A DNA stretch of 36,043 bases from positions 1 to 36,043 of the forward strand of contig JBNJGV010000006.1 in NCBI GenBank assembly GCA_051819785.1, read 5' to 3'. Made by a program: the position numbers and the translations under genes. Each line of letters starts with the position of its first letter. The first letter of the stretch is position 1. This DNA is from Nanobdellota archaeon (GTDB taxonomy: Archaea > Nanobdellota > Nanobdellia > Woesearchaeales > DSVV01). The notes beneath the pieces were generated by a model. The model had not been told where the DNA came from. It saw nothing but the letters and a program-made list of their open reading frames with translations, and did not search any database. Of the stretch, positions 8,455-17,721 are shown piece by piece.

Positions 8455-11400
8455 TTATACTCTGAGGCTTACTACTTTACTTATAGCGTCCTCGTTCATA
8501 GACACTCCATATAATGTATCAGCTTCACTTATAACTCCATCCTTATGGCTTATTATTATGTATTGAGCTTTATCAGAATATTTCTTTATCAAATCTGCTA
8601 AAAGTTCGCTATTTTTTTTGTCAAGAGCAGCGTCAACCTCATCGAATACATAAAAAGATGCTGGCTCAAATTCTAGTATACTGAATATAAATGCTAATGC
8701 AGTCATCGTTTTTTCCCCGCCTGAAAGACTTCTTATATCTAAGAATTTCTTACCACTTATACGCACCTTTATTCTTAATCCTCCCTCAAATGGGCTTTCT
8801 GGGTTTTCTAGTTCCAGGAACGCTTCGCCTTTTGAAGAAAGATGCTGGAACATGCTTCTGAAACTTTTGTCAATTTGTTCAAAAGTATTTATGAAAACGT
8901 CCTTTTTTTTGGATTCAATTTCATTAATCATACCAATAATTTCTTGTCTTTCTTCTTTTAGTTTATCTCTTTTTTGAAGTAATTGCTGGTATTCTTCATT
9001 TATCTGGTCATATACTTCTAAGGCCCGCATGTTTATATTGCCTGCATTAGAAAGTTGTTTCTCATGGTTTTTGATATCGTTTTTTAGTTCGGATTCGCTT
9101 TTGCTTTTGTAAAGATCTATATCTTTATATTTTGCAAATTCTTCTTTTAGGCTTTCTAACTCTGAGTTTAATCCTGCTCTTTCAACCGAGTGGGTGTTTT
9201 GCCTGTGTTCATAACCTCTTATCTGTTCTTCTTTTTTTACAATATTATTCTCAATTTTTTGTATTTCTTCATTTAGTTTGTCTTTTTTCACGAAAAGTTC
9301 TTTGTATTTTCCATAAAACTCTTTTTGTTTCTTTTCTTTATCAGCGAGATCTTTCTCTTGATTCTTGACCTTTTCTTTGAGCCTTTCAAGCTCACTTTTA
9401 AACTTGCTTTCTTCTTTATCTAATTGGCTGAGGATTTTTGATATGTTATCCCTTTCAGGTTCCATTATGTTCTTTAGTTGCATATTTATGTTATTGATGT
9501 CTGATTCAAGTTTTATTGATTTTTCTCTCAGTTGAGTCTTTTGTTGCTCAAAAGTATTAAGCTCTGCAATGACTGTTGGGTTCTTAAGTTGGGCAATCCT
9601 ATCCCTGAATTGCTGTTTTTTTGTCTTCAATTGCGCGAGCTCTTTATTAACTTGTGTTATTTTATTTTGGACTTGTGTTAAAGATTTGTCTATATCCTTT
9701 TTCTTCTCGTTAAGTTCTTTCTTTTCTTTTTTGTTTGCTTCAAGATCACTTGAATCAAGGTGGAGGGATTTCTCAATCTTTATTATTTCTCCTTCAAGAG
9801 TTGATTTGTGTTCGCGCAGGTTTACAATCCTTTCTTCATTTTCTGACTTTTTATTCTCAAGTCTGCTTATAAGGCTTTCCATATCATTTACTATTTTTTC
9901 TTTTTCCCGGATTTCGTTTGTTAATTCTTTTTCTTGGAATCCTATATTGGATTTTTTCTGCCGATAACCTCCGTGCATAGCACCGCTAACTTCAACGAGA
10001 TCTCCATCCAGAGTTACCATTCTTACTTTACCTATTCCCACTCTTCTTGCAACTTCAATAGTATCAACTACAATTGTATTTCCAAACACATAGCTGAAAG
10101 CCTTTTTGAACTTAGGCTTGTAACTTATAAGGTCTATTGCAAGCCCGTGGACACCATTTATTTTTTCTGTTTCAGGTAGGTCCTTGGTATCAGGAGTTTT
10201 TATTTTATTTAGAGGCAGAAAAGTAGCTGTACCTACCTTTTTTTGTTTGAGATGATTAATGCATTTTGAGGCAGTAGTATCATTATCGACTACTATACTT
10301 TTAATCCTTGCTCCTGCAGCAGTACTTAATGCTTGGGCATATTTATTTTCTACTTCACCTAAATCGGATATTGTGCCATAAACCTCTCCAAACTTATTTT
10401 TTGATTCGGTAATAGTCTTGGCTGCAATATTGTCAGCCATTTTCTGTTTAATTGAGCTGTTCTTTGCTTCAAGTTTGCTTAAGCCATCTCTGGCATCATT
10501 GAGTTTGTTTCTTGCATTTCCTAATTGAGATGCTATATTGGAATCTTCATTAATAAGTTGGTTCAGCTCTTTAGTGGTCTTTTTGAAATCATCTCGTTTA
10601 TCTTTAAGTTTTTGTAGGTCTTGTTTATGTTTAGTTTCGATCTCTTTTACTTTCTGGATTTTTTCATCTACAGAGTTTATATAAAGCTCTATCTTGTCGT
10701 TTTGCCTGAAATACTCCTGTTGTTGTTCTCTGAGTTCTTGAATCTCTTTTTGTTTTTCATCTATGTCTTTATCAAGCTTATCGATATCTTTTTCTAAGTC
10801 TTCAGAGTCGTCAAGTTTATGTTTTTGTTTGAATTTTTTTATCCTGTTTTCAATATTAAGGATTTCTTCTTTGTTTTTTTTTATATTATCTTCATACTTT
10901 TCTTTATTTTTGTACATCTCTTCTATCTTGTTATTCTGTTCAGTAAGACTTTTCTGGAGCTGGTCTTTTCTTGAAATAACTCTGTTTAGTTCATTTTCAT
11001 TTGAGCCTATATTAGTTTTATTAGTAGCAATATCTATTTTTAATTGCTCAATAGATTTCATTATTTCAACTTGTTCTTTTTCACCTTTATCTTCAATCTC
11101 TTTTGATAATTTTTTGACTTCTTCTCTTTTTTGGTTGACTCTTTCTTTTTCTGAGTTAATTTTCTCCTGAGTTTCTTTTATGCTATTATCAATCTGTTCT
11201 ATTTTCTTTTCTAACTCTTCTTTTTTTGAGCTTTGATTCTTAATTTTCATATTGCAAAGGGTAGCCTTTGATTTTTCTAGCTTATCTTGTATTTCTTTAT
11301 ATTTAAGAGCCTGGTCCCTGTCTTTTTTCAGGTCTTTTAGGTGATTTTCTCTTTCAGAAAGTATAATCTCTGCTTCATTTATTTTTTCATCAGCCTTGCT

Positions 11401-11946
11401 TAGTTCTTTCATAGCTTTGTCTTTTTTGTCTTCGTAAATTGATATTCCAGCGATGTCCTCAGCGATTTTTCTCCTTTCGATAGGTGACATCTCGATTAGT
11501 CTGGATATATCTCCTTGCAATACTATATTGTATCCATCAGGGTCAATATTGGCAGCAGATAATATGTCTAACACTTCTTGTCTTGTCCTGGTCTTGTCAT
11601 TTATTTTGTATACACTTTGCCCGGTGTTTTTTATAATCCTTGTTAATTTTAGGTATTCTTCGTCTACAGGGAATGTTTTTTTAGAATTGTCAAAATATAT
11701 ACTTACTTCTCCATGTTTTGCCGGGTTTTTCTTTTTCCCACCATTATAGATAAGGTTTGCAGATTTATTTGCTCTAAGCCCTTTAGCAGAACCCTTACCT
11801 AAAACAAAGCAAACTGCATCCATAATATTACTTTTTCCAGAACCATTAGGGCCTAGGATACAACTGAAATTACTATTAAAATCAAGTTCAGTTTTTTTCC
11901 CGAACGATTTAAATCCTTTAATTACTATTTTACTAATCCAAGTCAT
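8455..11946 (-). CDS. smc: Chromosome segregation ATPase SMC
   Basis: Walker A GPNGSGKSN, Q-loop VLQGD, hinge G..GTISDL...TFLPL...GAMHGG, signature LSGGE, Walker B/D-loop FDEVDAALD, long coiled coils. Confidence 0.98.
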   Translation of the reverse strand: MTWISKIVIKGFKSFGKKTELDFNSNFSCILGPNGSGKSNIMDAVCFVLGKGSAKGLRANKSANLIYNGGKKKNPAKHGEVSIYFDNSKKTFPVDEEYLKLTRIIKNTGQSVYKINDKTRTRQEVLDILSAANIDPDGYNIVLQGDISRLIEMSPIERRKIAEDIAGISIYEDKKDKAMKELSKADEKINEAEIILSERENHLKDLKKDRDQALKYKEIQDKLEKSKATLCNMKIKNQSSKKEELEKKIEQIDNSIKETQEKINSEKERVNQKREEVKKLSKEIEDKGEKEQVEIMKSIEQLKIDIATNKTNIGSNENELNRVISRKDQLQKSLTEQNNKIEEMYKNKEKYEDNIKKNKEEILNIENRIKKFKQKHKLDDSEDLEKDIDKLDKDIDEKQKEIQELREQQQEYFRQNDKIELYINSVDEKIQKVKEIETKHKQDLQKLKDKRDDFKKTTKELNQLINEDSNIASQLGNARNKLNDARDGLSKLEAKNSSIKQKMADNIAAKTITESKNKFGEVYGTISDLGEVENKYAQALSTAAGARIKSIVVDNDTTASKCINHLKQKKVGTATFLPLNKIKTPDTKDLPETEKINGVHGLAIDLISYKPKFKKAFSYVFGNTIVVDTIEVARRVGIGKVRMVTLDGDLVEVSGAMHGGYRQKKSNIGFQEKELTNEIREKEKIVNDMESLISRLENKKSENEERIVNLREHKSTLEGEIIKIEKSLHLDSSDLEANKKEKKELNEKKKDIDKSLTQVQNKITQVNKELAQLKTKKQQFRDRIAQLKNPTVIAELNTFEQQKTQLREKSIKLESDINNINMQLKNIMEPERDNISKILSQLDKEESKFKSELERLKEKVKNQEKDLADKEKKQKEFYGKYKELFVKKDKLNEEIQKIENNIVKKEEQIRGYEHRQNTHSVERAGLNSELESLKEEFAKYKDIDLYKSKSESELKNDIKNHEKQLSNAGNINMRALEVYDQINEEYQQLLQKRDKLKEERQEIIGMINEIESKKKDVFINTFEQIDKSFRSMFQHLSSKGEAFLELENPESPFEGGLRIKVRISGKKFLDIRSLSGGEKTMTALAFIFSILEFEPASFYVFDEVDAALDKKNSELLADLIKKYSDKAQYIIISHKDGVISEADTLYGVSMNEDAISKVVSLRV

Positions 11947-12172
11947 CTTAAATTTTGCAGCTTAATGTGATTTACTCCTTAGATGAAACTCATGTGATTT
12001 TTTATATTTTTTAGAGTTTCTTTTATTTTATTAGGTTTTTATTTACCTATGGGAAAAGTTTTAAAAGCCATATTTAAAGGTTTTGATTGTTACTTAGTTA
12101 AATTATTGGTTAATTGGTGTTTTAAATTGACAAAAATTCTAGATAATTCAATTATTTAGATGGTTTAGTTTC

Positions 12173-12817
12173 TCAGAAATTTGTTAGAGACTCTTGCTTT
12201 TTATCAAAGTTGACTTTTTTCCATGTACTCCAGCTTTTTCTGAATATTGGAAGATGATGATTTTTTTTAATGAATTCCTTGGTTTTTGGGTCTGACGGAT
12301 AACCTGAGCCAAAATCTCCATATTTTTGTATAAGTTTTTTAATTTCTTGGTCTCTTTTTACTTTAGCCAGAATACTGGCTGCAGAACAAGCAAGGTATTT
12401 TTCATCTGCTCCATGCTCCATTATTATATCTGTTTGTGTTTTAATTCTTTTTTTAACATATTCTAAAAATGAAGTAATGTTACGACTTGGACAATCAATG
12501 TACGCTTTTTTGGGGTTTAGTTTATTGAGTATTTCTGCGTGTGCTTCAGCTTCTATCCAATTAAGGTTCATGTTTTCTTGTGTGAGAGCTTGGTCGATTT
12601 TTTCAGGCGTGATTTCTATAATAAAATGTTTATTGATTACTTTAATAATCTCTTGGAATAATTCATCTCTTTTGTAAACCGGTATTTTCTTTGAGTCTTT
12701 TACTCCTAGTTCTTTGAGTTTGTATAAATTATCTTTTTCTATATCTATTCCTGCCATTACCATTGGGCCTATAACTGGCCCTCTTCCTGCTTCGTCTATT
12801 CCGCATATTAAATCCAT
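12173..12817 (-). CDS. rnhB: Ribonuclease HII
   Basis: GIDEAGRGPVIGP, VKDSK, SAASILAKV.RD, GSGYPSDP; C-terminal PIP box QESLTNF. Confidence 0.97.
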   Translation of the reverse strand: MDLICGIDEAGRGPVIGPMVMAGIDIEKDNLYKLKELGVKDSKKIPVYKRDELFQEIIKVINKHFIIEITPEKIDQALTQENMNLNWIEAEAHAEILNKLNPKKAYIDCPSRNITSFLEYVKKRIKTQTDIIMEHGADEKYLACSAASILAKVKRDQEIKKLIQKYGDFGSGYPSDPKTKEFIKKNHHLPIFRKSWSTWKKVNFDKKQESLTNF

Positions 12818-12972
12818 TGTATAAATAGCCTTTTGAAATTATTTATATGTTTTATTGCTGATTACTGTTATGGGATATTGTATTTTATAATTATATTAAT
12901 TATGTAGTTCTTGTTGTTAAATTTCAGAGCTATCTGGTATTTTAATTGCTGTTGAAACGAAATATGGTTGCT

Positions 12973-13416
12973 TTAGCTGAGTTCTTCCTGGGGATATCTT
13001 GGGGGATGTTGTCTCATACAATATTTTGAATTGTATATAACACTGCTTTTTACTTTACAAAAGTTACTCTCATGGTTATCTGTCAATACACGGCGCAATC
13101 TTCTAATGTCAATCCAATCTATATCTATGTTTTTCTGATTGTAAGGTAGCTTGTGAAGGAAAGCTTTTAAGAGCATAAATTCAACTTCGTTTTCTTTGCC
13201 ATTTTCTTGTGTTATTTTTATTTTTCCAAGGTTTTTAATGTACATTAAGTAATCTTTTTTAATTCCAGTTTCTTTTGTTATTCCTTTGTATAATGTATTG
13301 ATAGGTTCTTCATTTTCTTTCTTGAAATATTTAGGTAGGTATATGTACTCTCCTTTTTTTAGTACAAGAGCATCATTTTTGGATATTATGATACAGCCAA
13401 TCATCTTATTTATCAT
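12973..13416 (-). CDS. Nudix-fold protein with a degenerate Nudix box
   Basis: LPKYFKKENEEPINTLYKGITKETGI aligns to the Nudix box, but G, RE and EE are substituted. Confidence 0.5.
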   Translation of the reverse strand: MINKMIGCIIISKNDALVLKKGEYIYLPKYFKKENEEPINTLYKGITKETGIKKDYLMYIKNLGKIKITQENGKENEVEFMLLKAFLHKLPYNQKNIDIDWIDIRRLRRVLTDNHESNFCKVKSSVIYNSKYCMRQHPPRYPQEELS

Positions 13417-13624
13417 ATAAATTATTATAGATATACTAATTAATTAATTTTCTGTATTTTTTTGGAATTATTAGATAAGCTTTAGGGTAAATTGGCGAGA
13501 TTGTTTGTGGGTTAGGGTGTTTTTTTAGCTTTGACAAATAATAACCTTTAAATATAACCCTCTTTTACAATTAGATGAACTACTTCTCAAAATTCTTAAA
13601 GAGGTAGGTTCAAGGCGAGTTCAA

Positions 13625-14335
13625 ATGGTAAAAAAAAATGATTTTGTAGAGATTCAGTACACTGGAAAGGTTAAGGATAATGGTTTAGTTTTTGACACTA
13701 CTTCAAAGACTATTGCCAAAGAAAATGGATTTGATGACCAAAATCTGCCAGAAGGTCCAAAAATTATTTGTGTGGGCCAGGGGCAGCTTATACCTGGTTT
13801 GGATAAGGATTTAGTTGGAAAAGAAGAAAATAAGGATTATACTATTGAGGTGTCTCCTGAAGATGGTTTTGGTAAGAAATCTGCTAAGAATGTTCAACTT
13901 GTTCCAACTAAAAAATTTTATAGTCAAAATATAAATCCTGTACCTGGATTACAGGTTAACATCGACAACTCAATAGGGATTATCAAAACTATAACTGGGG
14001 GAAGGACAATGGTTGATTTTAATCATCCTTTAGCTTCTACAGACTTGGTGTATGAGTATAAGATAAACAGGGTTGTAACTGATACTAAAGAAAAGGCGGA
14101 GAGTTATGTGAAGAATTTATTAGGAATTCCTGCTGAAGTAGCATTTTCAGAGGGTAAACTTACCTTAAACATGAATTTTGAGCTTCCCGACGCTATAAAA
14201 TCACAGATAGAGACTAAATTAAAAGAGGTAATTCCTGAGATAAATGAGATTTCTTATGAGGGATCTCAAGACAACTCAGTTAAAAATAAAGATAGCTCTG
14301 ATGGGGAAAATAAAGGTTTAGATGAGAATAATTAA
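13625..14335 (+). CDS. slyD: FKBP-type peptidyl-prolyl cis-trans isomerase (archaeal long type, SlyD-like)
   Basis: DFVEIQYTGK...VFDTT, GQLIPGLD, PEDGFG, GRTMVDFNHPLA. Confidence 0.93.
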   Translation: MVKKNDFVEIQYTGKVKDNGLVFDTTSKTIAKENGFDDQNLPEGPKIICVGQGQLIPGLDKDLVGKEENKDYTIEVSPEDGFGKKSAKNVQLVPTKKFYSQNINPVPGLQVNIDNSIGIIKTITGGRTMVDFNHPLASTDLVYEYKINRVVTDTKEKAESYVKNLLGIPAEVAFSEGKLTLNMNFELPDAIKSQIETKLKEVIPEINEISYEGSQDNSVKNKDSSDGENKGLDENN

Positions 14336-14402
14336 AAATTCGAAGCATTTAAATATGAGTTCCCCCTAAAATGAGAACAAAAATAAGCCAGGGTGGGGTA
14401 AC

Positions 14403-15602
14403 ATGAGTGACTTTATAAAGCTTGTAGGCGGAAATGCCAATTATGATCAATTAAATGAGGAAAATAATGGTGGGGATAATGCTCCAAAGAAGGACAATGT
14501 AGGTATGTCTCACGAGAATAATAATTCTGATTCAAATCCTAAAGTTTCTAGGCAACATGAGATTGATTCTGAACTTGAGCAGCTTCTTTCAAGCCAAAAA
14601 GCCAAAATTAAAGTTGTAGGAACTGGTGGTGGCGGAAATAACACTATATCTAGAATTTCAGAGGTGGGTATAGAAGGTGCTGATGTGGTAGCTATTAATG
14701 CTGATGCGCAGGATTTACTCTATACAACTGCTGATAAAAAAATATTGATTGGAAAGGAGATTACTGGAGGGCTTGGCGCAGGTTCTGTTCCTAAAATTGG
14801 AGAAGAAGCTGCAAGAGAAAGCGAGCATGAGATAAAAAACGCATTAGCAGATTCCGATATGGTCTTTATCACTTGCGGTCTAGGTGGTGGCACTGGTACA
14901 GGTTCTGGTCCAGTTGTTGCAGAGATTGCTAAAAAAATAGGAGCATTAACCATCGGGGTTGTTACCGTGCCTTTTGCAATGGAAGGGCAGAGAAGATATG
15001 AAAATGCCTTGATAGGTCTTGAAAAGTTGGAGCAATCGGTAGATACTCTTATTGTTATCCCTAATGATAAACTTTTGGAATTAGCGCCTGAGTTGCCTAT
15101 TCAAACAGCTTTTAAAGTTGCAGATGAGATTCTTACTAATGCTGTGAAAGGTATTGCTGAGCTTGTCACAAAGGCAGGGCTTGTTAACCTAGATTTTGCT
15201 GATATTAGAGCAGTTATGGGCAAAGGTGGTGTTGCTCTGATAGGTGTTGGTGAATCTGATTCAGAAAATCGGTCTACTGAAGCACTTCAAAAAGCCCTAG
15301 AAAACCCGCTACTTGATGTAGATGTTTCAGGAGCAAATGGTGCTTTGATAAACGTGATTGGCGGAAATGACATGACTCTTGACGAGGCAAGAAGAGTCGT
15401 TGAGACAATCAGTAATCGTCTTGATGAAGATGCAAGAGTAATTTGGGGTGCCCAAATTAATGAGGATATGCAAAATACCATCCGGACTATGTTAATTGTT
15501 ACCGGAGTTAAATCTTCACAAATATTTGGTAAAACTAGAAAACGCTCAGATGAGACAAAAGAGGAGATTACCTCAGAATTAGGGATTGAGTTTGTTGATT
15601 AA
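14403..15602 (+). CDS. ftsZ: Cell division protein FtsZ (FtsZ1-type context)
   Basis: GGGGNN, tubulin signature [10 protein letters not shown]7 loop NLDFAD, IWGA; upstream TATA TTTAAATA and SD-like GGGTGGGG. Confidence 0.99.
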   Translation: MSDFIKLVGGNANYDQLNEENNGGDNAPKKDNVGMSHENNNSDSNPKVSRQHEIDSELEQLLSSQKAKIKVVGTGGGGNNTISRISEVGIEGADVVAINADAQDLLYTTADKKILIGKEITGGLGAGSVPKIGEEAARESEHEIKNALADSDMVFITCGLGGGTGTGSGPVVAEIAKKIGALTIGVVTVPFAMEGQRRYENALIGLEKLEQSVDTLIVIPNDKLLELAPELPIQTAFKVADEILTNAVKGIAELVTKAGLVNLDFADIRAVMGKGGVALIGVGESDSENRSTEALQKALENPLLDVDVSGANGALINVIGGNDMTLDEARRVVETISNRLDEDARVIWGAQINEDMQNTIRTMLIVTGVKSSQIFGKTRKRSDETKEEITSELGIEFVD

Positions 15603-15603
15603 T

Positions 15604-15780
15604 ATGAAACTATTAAAAAAAGCTAAAATCAAACTGAATGAGTATTGGAGAGTCTTAAGAGTTACAAAAAAACCTGATTCAATGGAGTTCAAGACTATTA
15701 TTAAGGTATCTGGTTTGGGAATGATTCTAATAGGTTTGATAGGGTTTATAATACAACTTACATGGGAAATTATGACTTAA
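15604..15780 (+). CDS. secE: Protein translocase subunit SecE (Sec61 gamma)
   Basis: EYWRVLRVTKKP...EF...GLIGFII; located between ftsZ and spt5; ATG 15604 just after the ftsZ stop. Confidence 0.95.
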   Translation: MKLLKKAKIKLNEYWRVLRVTKKPDSMEFKTIIKVSGLGMILIGLIGFIIQLTWEIMT

Positions 15781-15801
15781 TAATAATAATAATAATAATA
15801 A
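15778..15801 (+). repeat. (TAA)8 microsatellite beginning at the secE stop codon
   Basis: taa repeated 8 times in frame with secE. Confidence 0.9.
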
Positions 15802-15817
15802 TTTATAGAGAGTAAAA

Positions 15818-16321
15818 ATGGAAACGGAAAATACTGAAACGAAGATTTTTGCGCTTAGGACAACTGCAAACAGAGAAGATCAAGTGTTAGATTTCGTAGG
15901 TTCGAATGTGAAAAAAAGAGGGCTTAATGTTTATAGTATGATTCGGCCTCATGGTATGAGAGGATATGTTTTTATGGAAGCCGAATCACTTCAAGAAGCT
16001 GAGCAAGCTGCTTATAATGTTCCTTATGCGCGAGGTATTCTAAAAGATGGTGAATCTCCTAAATTAGTGAGTGTTAATGAGATTGAGAATATGCTGGAAC
16101 AGGTTAAAAAGGATGTTGATGTAAGAGTGAATGATATTGCTGAAATTATTTCAGGTCCTTTCAAGATGGAGAAAGCAAAAATCAAAAGGGTTGATAAGAC
16201 TAAAGAAGAAGTTATTGTAGAGCTTCTTGAGGCTGCTGTTCCAATCCCTATAACTCTTTCAATGGATAGTATAAAAGTCATCAGAAGAGAAGACGATGAT
16301 GACTTTTCAGATGAAGATTAA
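15818..16321 (+). CDS. spt5: Transcription elongation factor Spt5 (NusG)
   Basis: NGN domain (ALRTTANRE, GYVFMEA) plus KOW (EIISGPFKMEKAKI...AAVPIPITL). Confidence 0.96.
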   Translation: METENTETKIFALRTTANREDQVLDFVGSNVKKRGLNVYSMIRPHGMRGYVFMEAESLQEAEQAAYNVPYARGILKDGESPKLVSVNEIENMLEQVKKDVDVRVNDIAEIISGPFKMEKAKIKRVDKTKEEVIVELLEAAVPIPITLSMDSIKVIRREDDDDFSDED

Positions 16322-16431
16322 TTTTTTATTTAACTCTTTTTTCTCTTTTTGAATTTTGATTGTTATTTTTGATTCTTATGGTTTAATTTATTAACCATAT
16401 AACTTAAATACTACATATTTTTTTTTTCACT

Positions 16432-17622
16432 ATGGAGCCTGAAATATTAGCCCCTGCCGGAGACTGGCAAATGTTGTCAAGTGCTATAAGTGCAGGTGCA
16501 GATGCGGTCTACTTTGGCGTGACTGGATTGAATATGCGTGCAAACGCTAAAAATTTCAATGAAGATGATCTTTCTAAGATAGTTTCTACCTGCCACAAGA
16601 ATGGTGTCAAAGCTTATATGGCCGTAAATACTATTGTATTTGATTCAGAGGTGAAAAGATTAGAATTTATTCTTAAGAAGGCAAAGCAAGCTGGAGTAGA
16701 TGCAATAATTTGTTGGGATTTAGCTGTTGTAAAGCTTGCCAAAGAAAAAAAATTACCAATACATCTTTCAACACAAGCGAGTGCTGCTAATTCATTAGCA
16801 CTGGAGGAATATAAATCTTTAGGGATTAAAAGGGTTATTCTTGCAAGGGAATGTTCCCTTGAACAGATTAAAGCACTAAATACAAGCCTGGAAATAGAAT
16901 TTTTTATTCATGGCGCTATGTGTGTTGCGGTTTCTGGGAGGTGTTTTATGTCACAATATCTATATGGTAAATCAGCTAATAGAGGGGCATGTATTCAACC
17001 ATGCAGGAGAAAGTACTTGATAACAGACCCAGAAACTGAAAAGCAGCTTGAAATAGAGAATCATTATGTTATGAGTCCAAAGGATTTATGTACAATTGAT
17101 ATTTTAGATAAATTACTAGATAGTCCGGTATCTTCTTTTAAGATTGAGGGTAGAAATCGTTCTCCCGAGTATGTTTCTATTGCTGTTAAAACCTATAAAA
17201 AAGCTATTAAAGCACATAAGGAAAATTATCTTACTGATGAATTTAAAAAAACTCTTAAGAATGATTTAAAGAAAGTATATAATCGTGGATTTTCTACAGG
17301 GTTTTATTTAGGTACTCCCATAAATGAATGGACTGACCAGTATGGCAGCAAATCCTCATATGTGAAGGTTTTTGTTGGTACGATTGTGAATTATTACAAA
17401 GTTCCGAAGGTCGCTGAGATTAAGCTTGAAACTGGCCAGATTAATAAAGGTGATAAGCTTTTAGTTCAGGGCCAAAAAACGGGTAACTTGGAAGTACAGG
17501 TTGAATCAATACAATTAAATGATGGGCAGGTTTCTAGTGCAAAAAAAGGTGATACTATAGGTATAAAGTCTCCTTTAATAAGGAAAAATGATAAAGTTTA
17601 TGTTTTTAAAAAGCGTGGATAA
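16432..17622 (+). CDS. Peptidase U32 family Fe-S protein (TrhP/YegQ-like, possible tRNA hydroxylase)
   Basis: EILAPAG, GADAVYFG, HLSTQ, HGAMCVAVSGRC, NRGACIQPCR, FKIEGR, C-terminal beta-barrel. Confidence 0.92.
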   Translation: MEPEILAPAGDWQMLSSAISAGADAVYFGVTGLNMRANAKNFNEDDLSKIVSTCHKNGVKAYMAVNTIVFDSEVKRLEFILKKAKQAGVDAIICWDLAVVKLAKEKKLPIHLSTQASAANSLALEEYKSLGIKRVILARECSLEQIKALNTSLEIEFFIHGAMCVAVSGRCFMSQYLYGKSANRGACIQPCRRKYLITDPETEKQLEIENHYVMSPKDLCTIDILDKLLDSPVSSFKIEGRNRSPEYVSIAVKTYKKAIKAHKENYLTDEFKKTLKNDLKKVYNRGFSTGFYLGTPINEWTDQYGSKSSYVKVFVGTIVNYYKVPKVAEIKLETGQINKGDKLLVQGQKTGNLEVQVESIQLNDGQVSSAKKGDTIGIKSPLIRKNDKVYVFKKRG

Positions 17623-17721
17623 GTTTTTTAATTTTTTTTAAGTTGTAGAATTATTTGCTTATTACTTTCCATAGGAAAAACCAAAAACCTTATAAATCAA
17701 TTTAACCAAGTTGAAGATAAA

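Noticed and set aside
8455-8465. TTATACTCTGA at the smc stop matches the left half of the 24535 palindrome
   Set aside because: The right half-site is absent and the sequence is constrained by smc codons, so it is likely chance
8455-11946. SMC as part of a Wadjet/MksBEF defence system
   Set aside because: Canonical hinge-containing SMC with a housekeeping ScpA; no JetA/B/D-like neighbours
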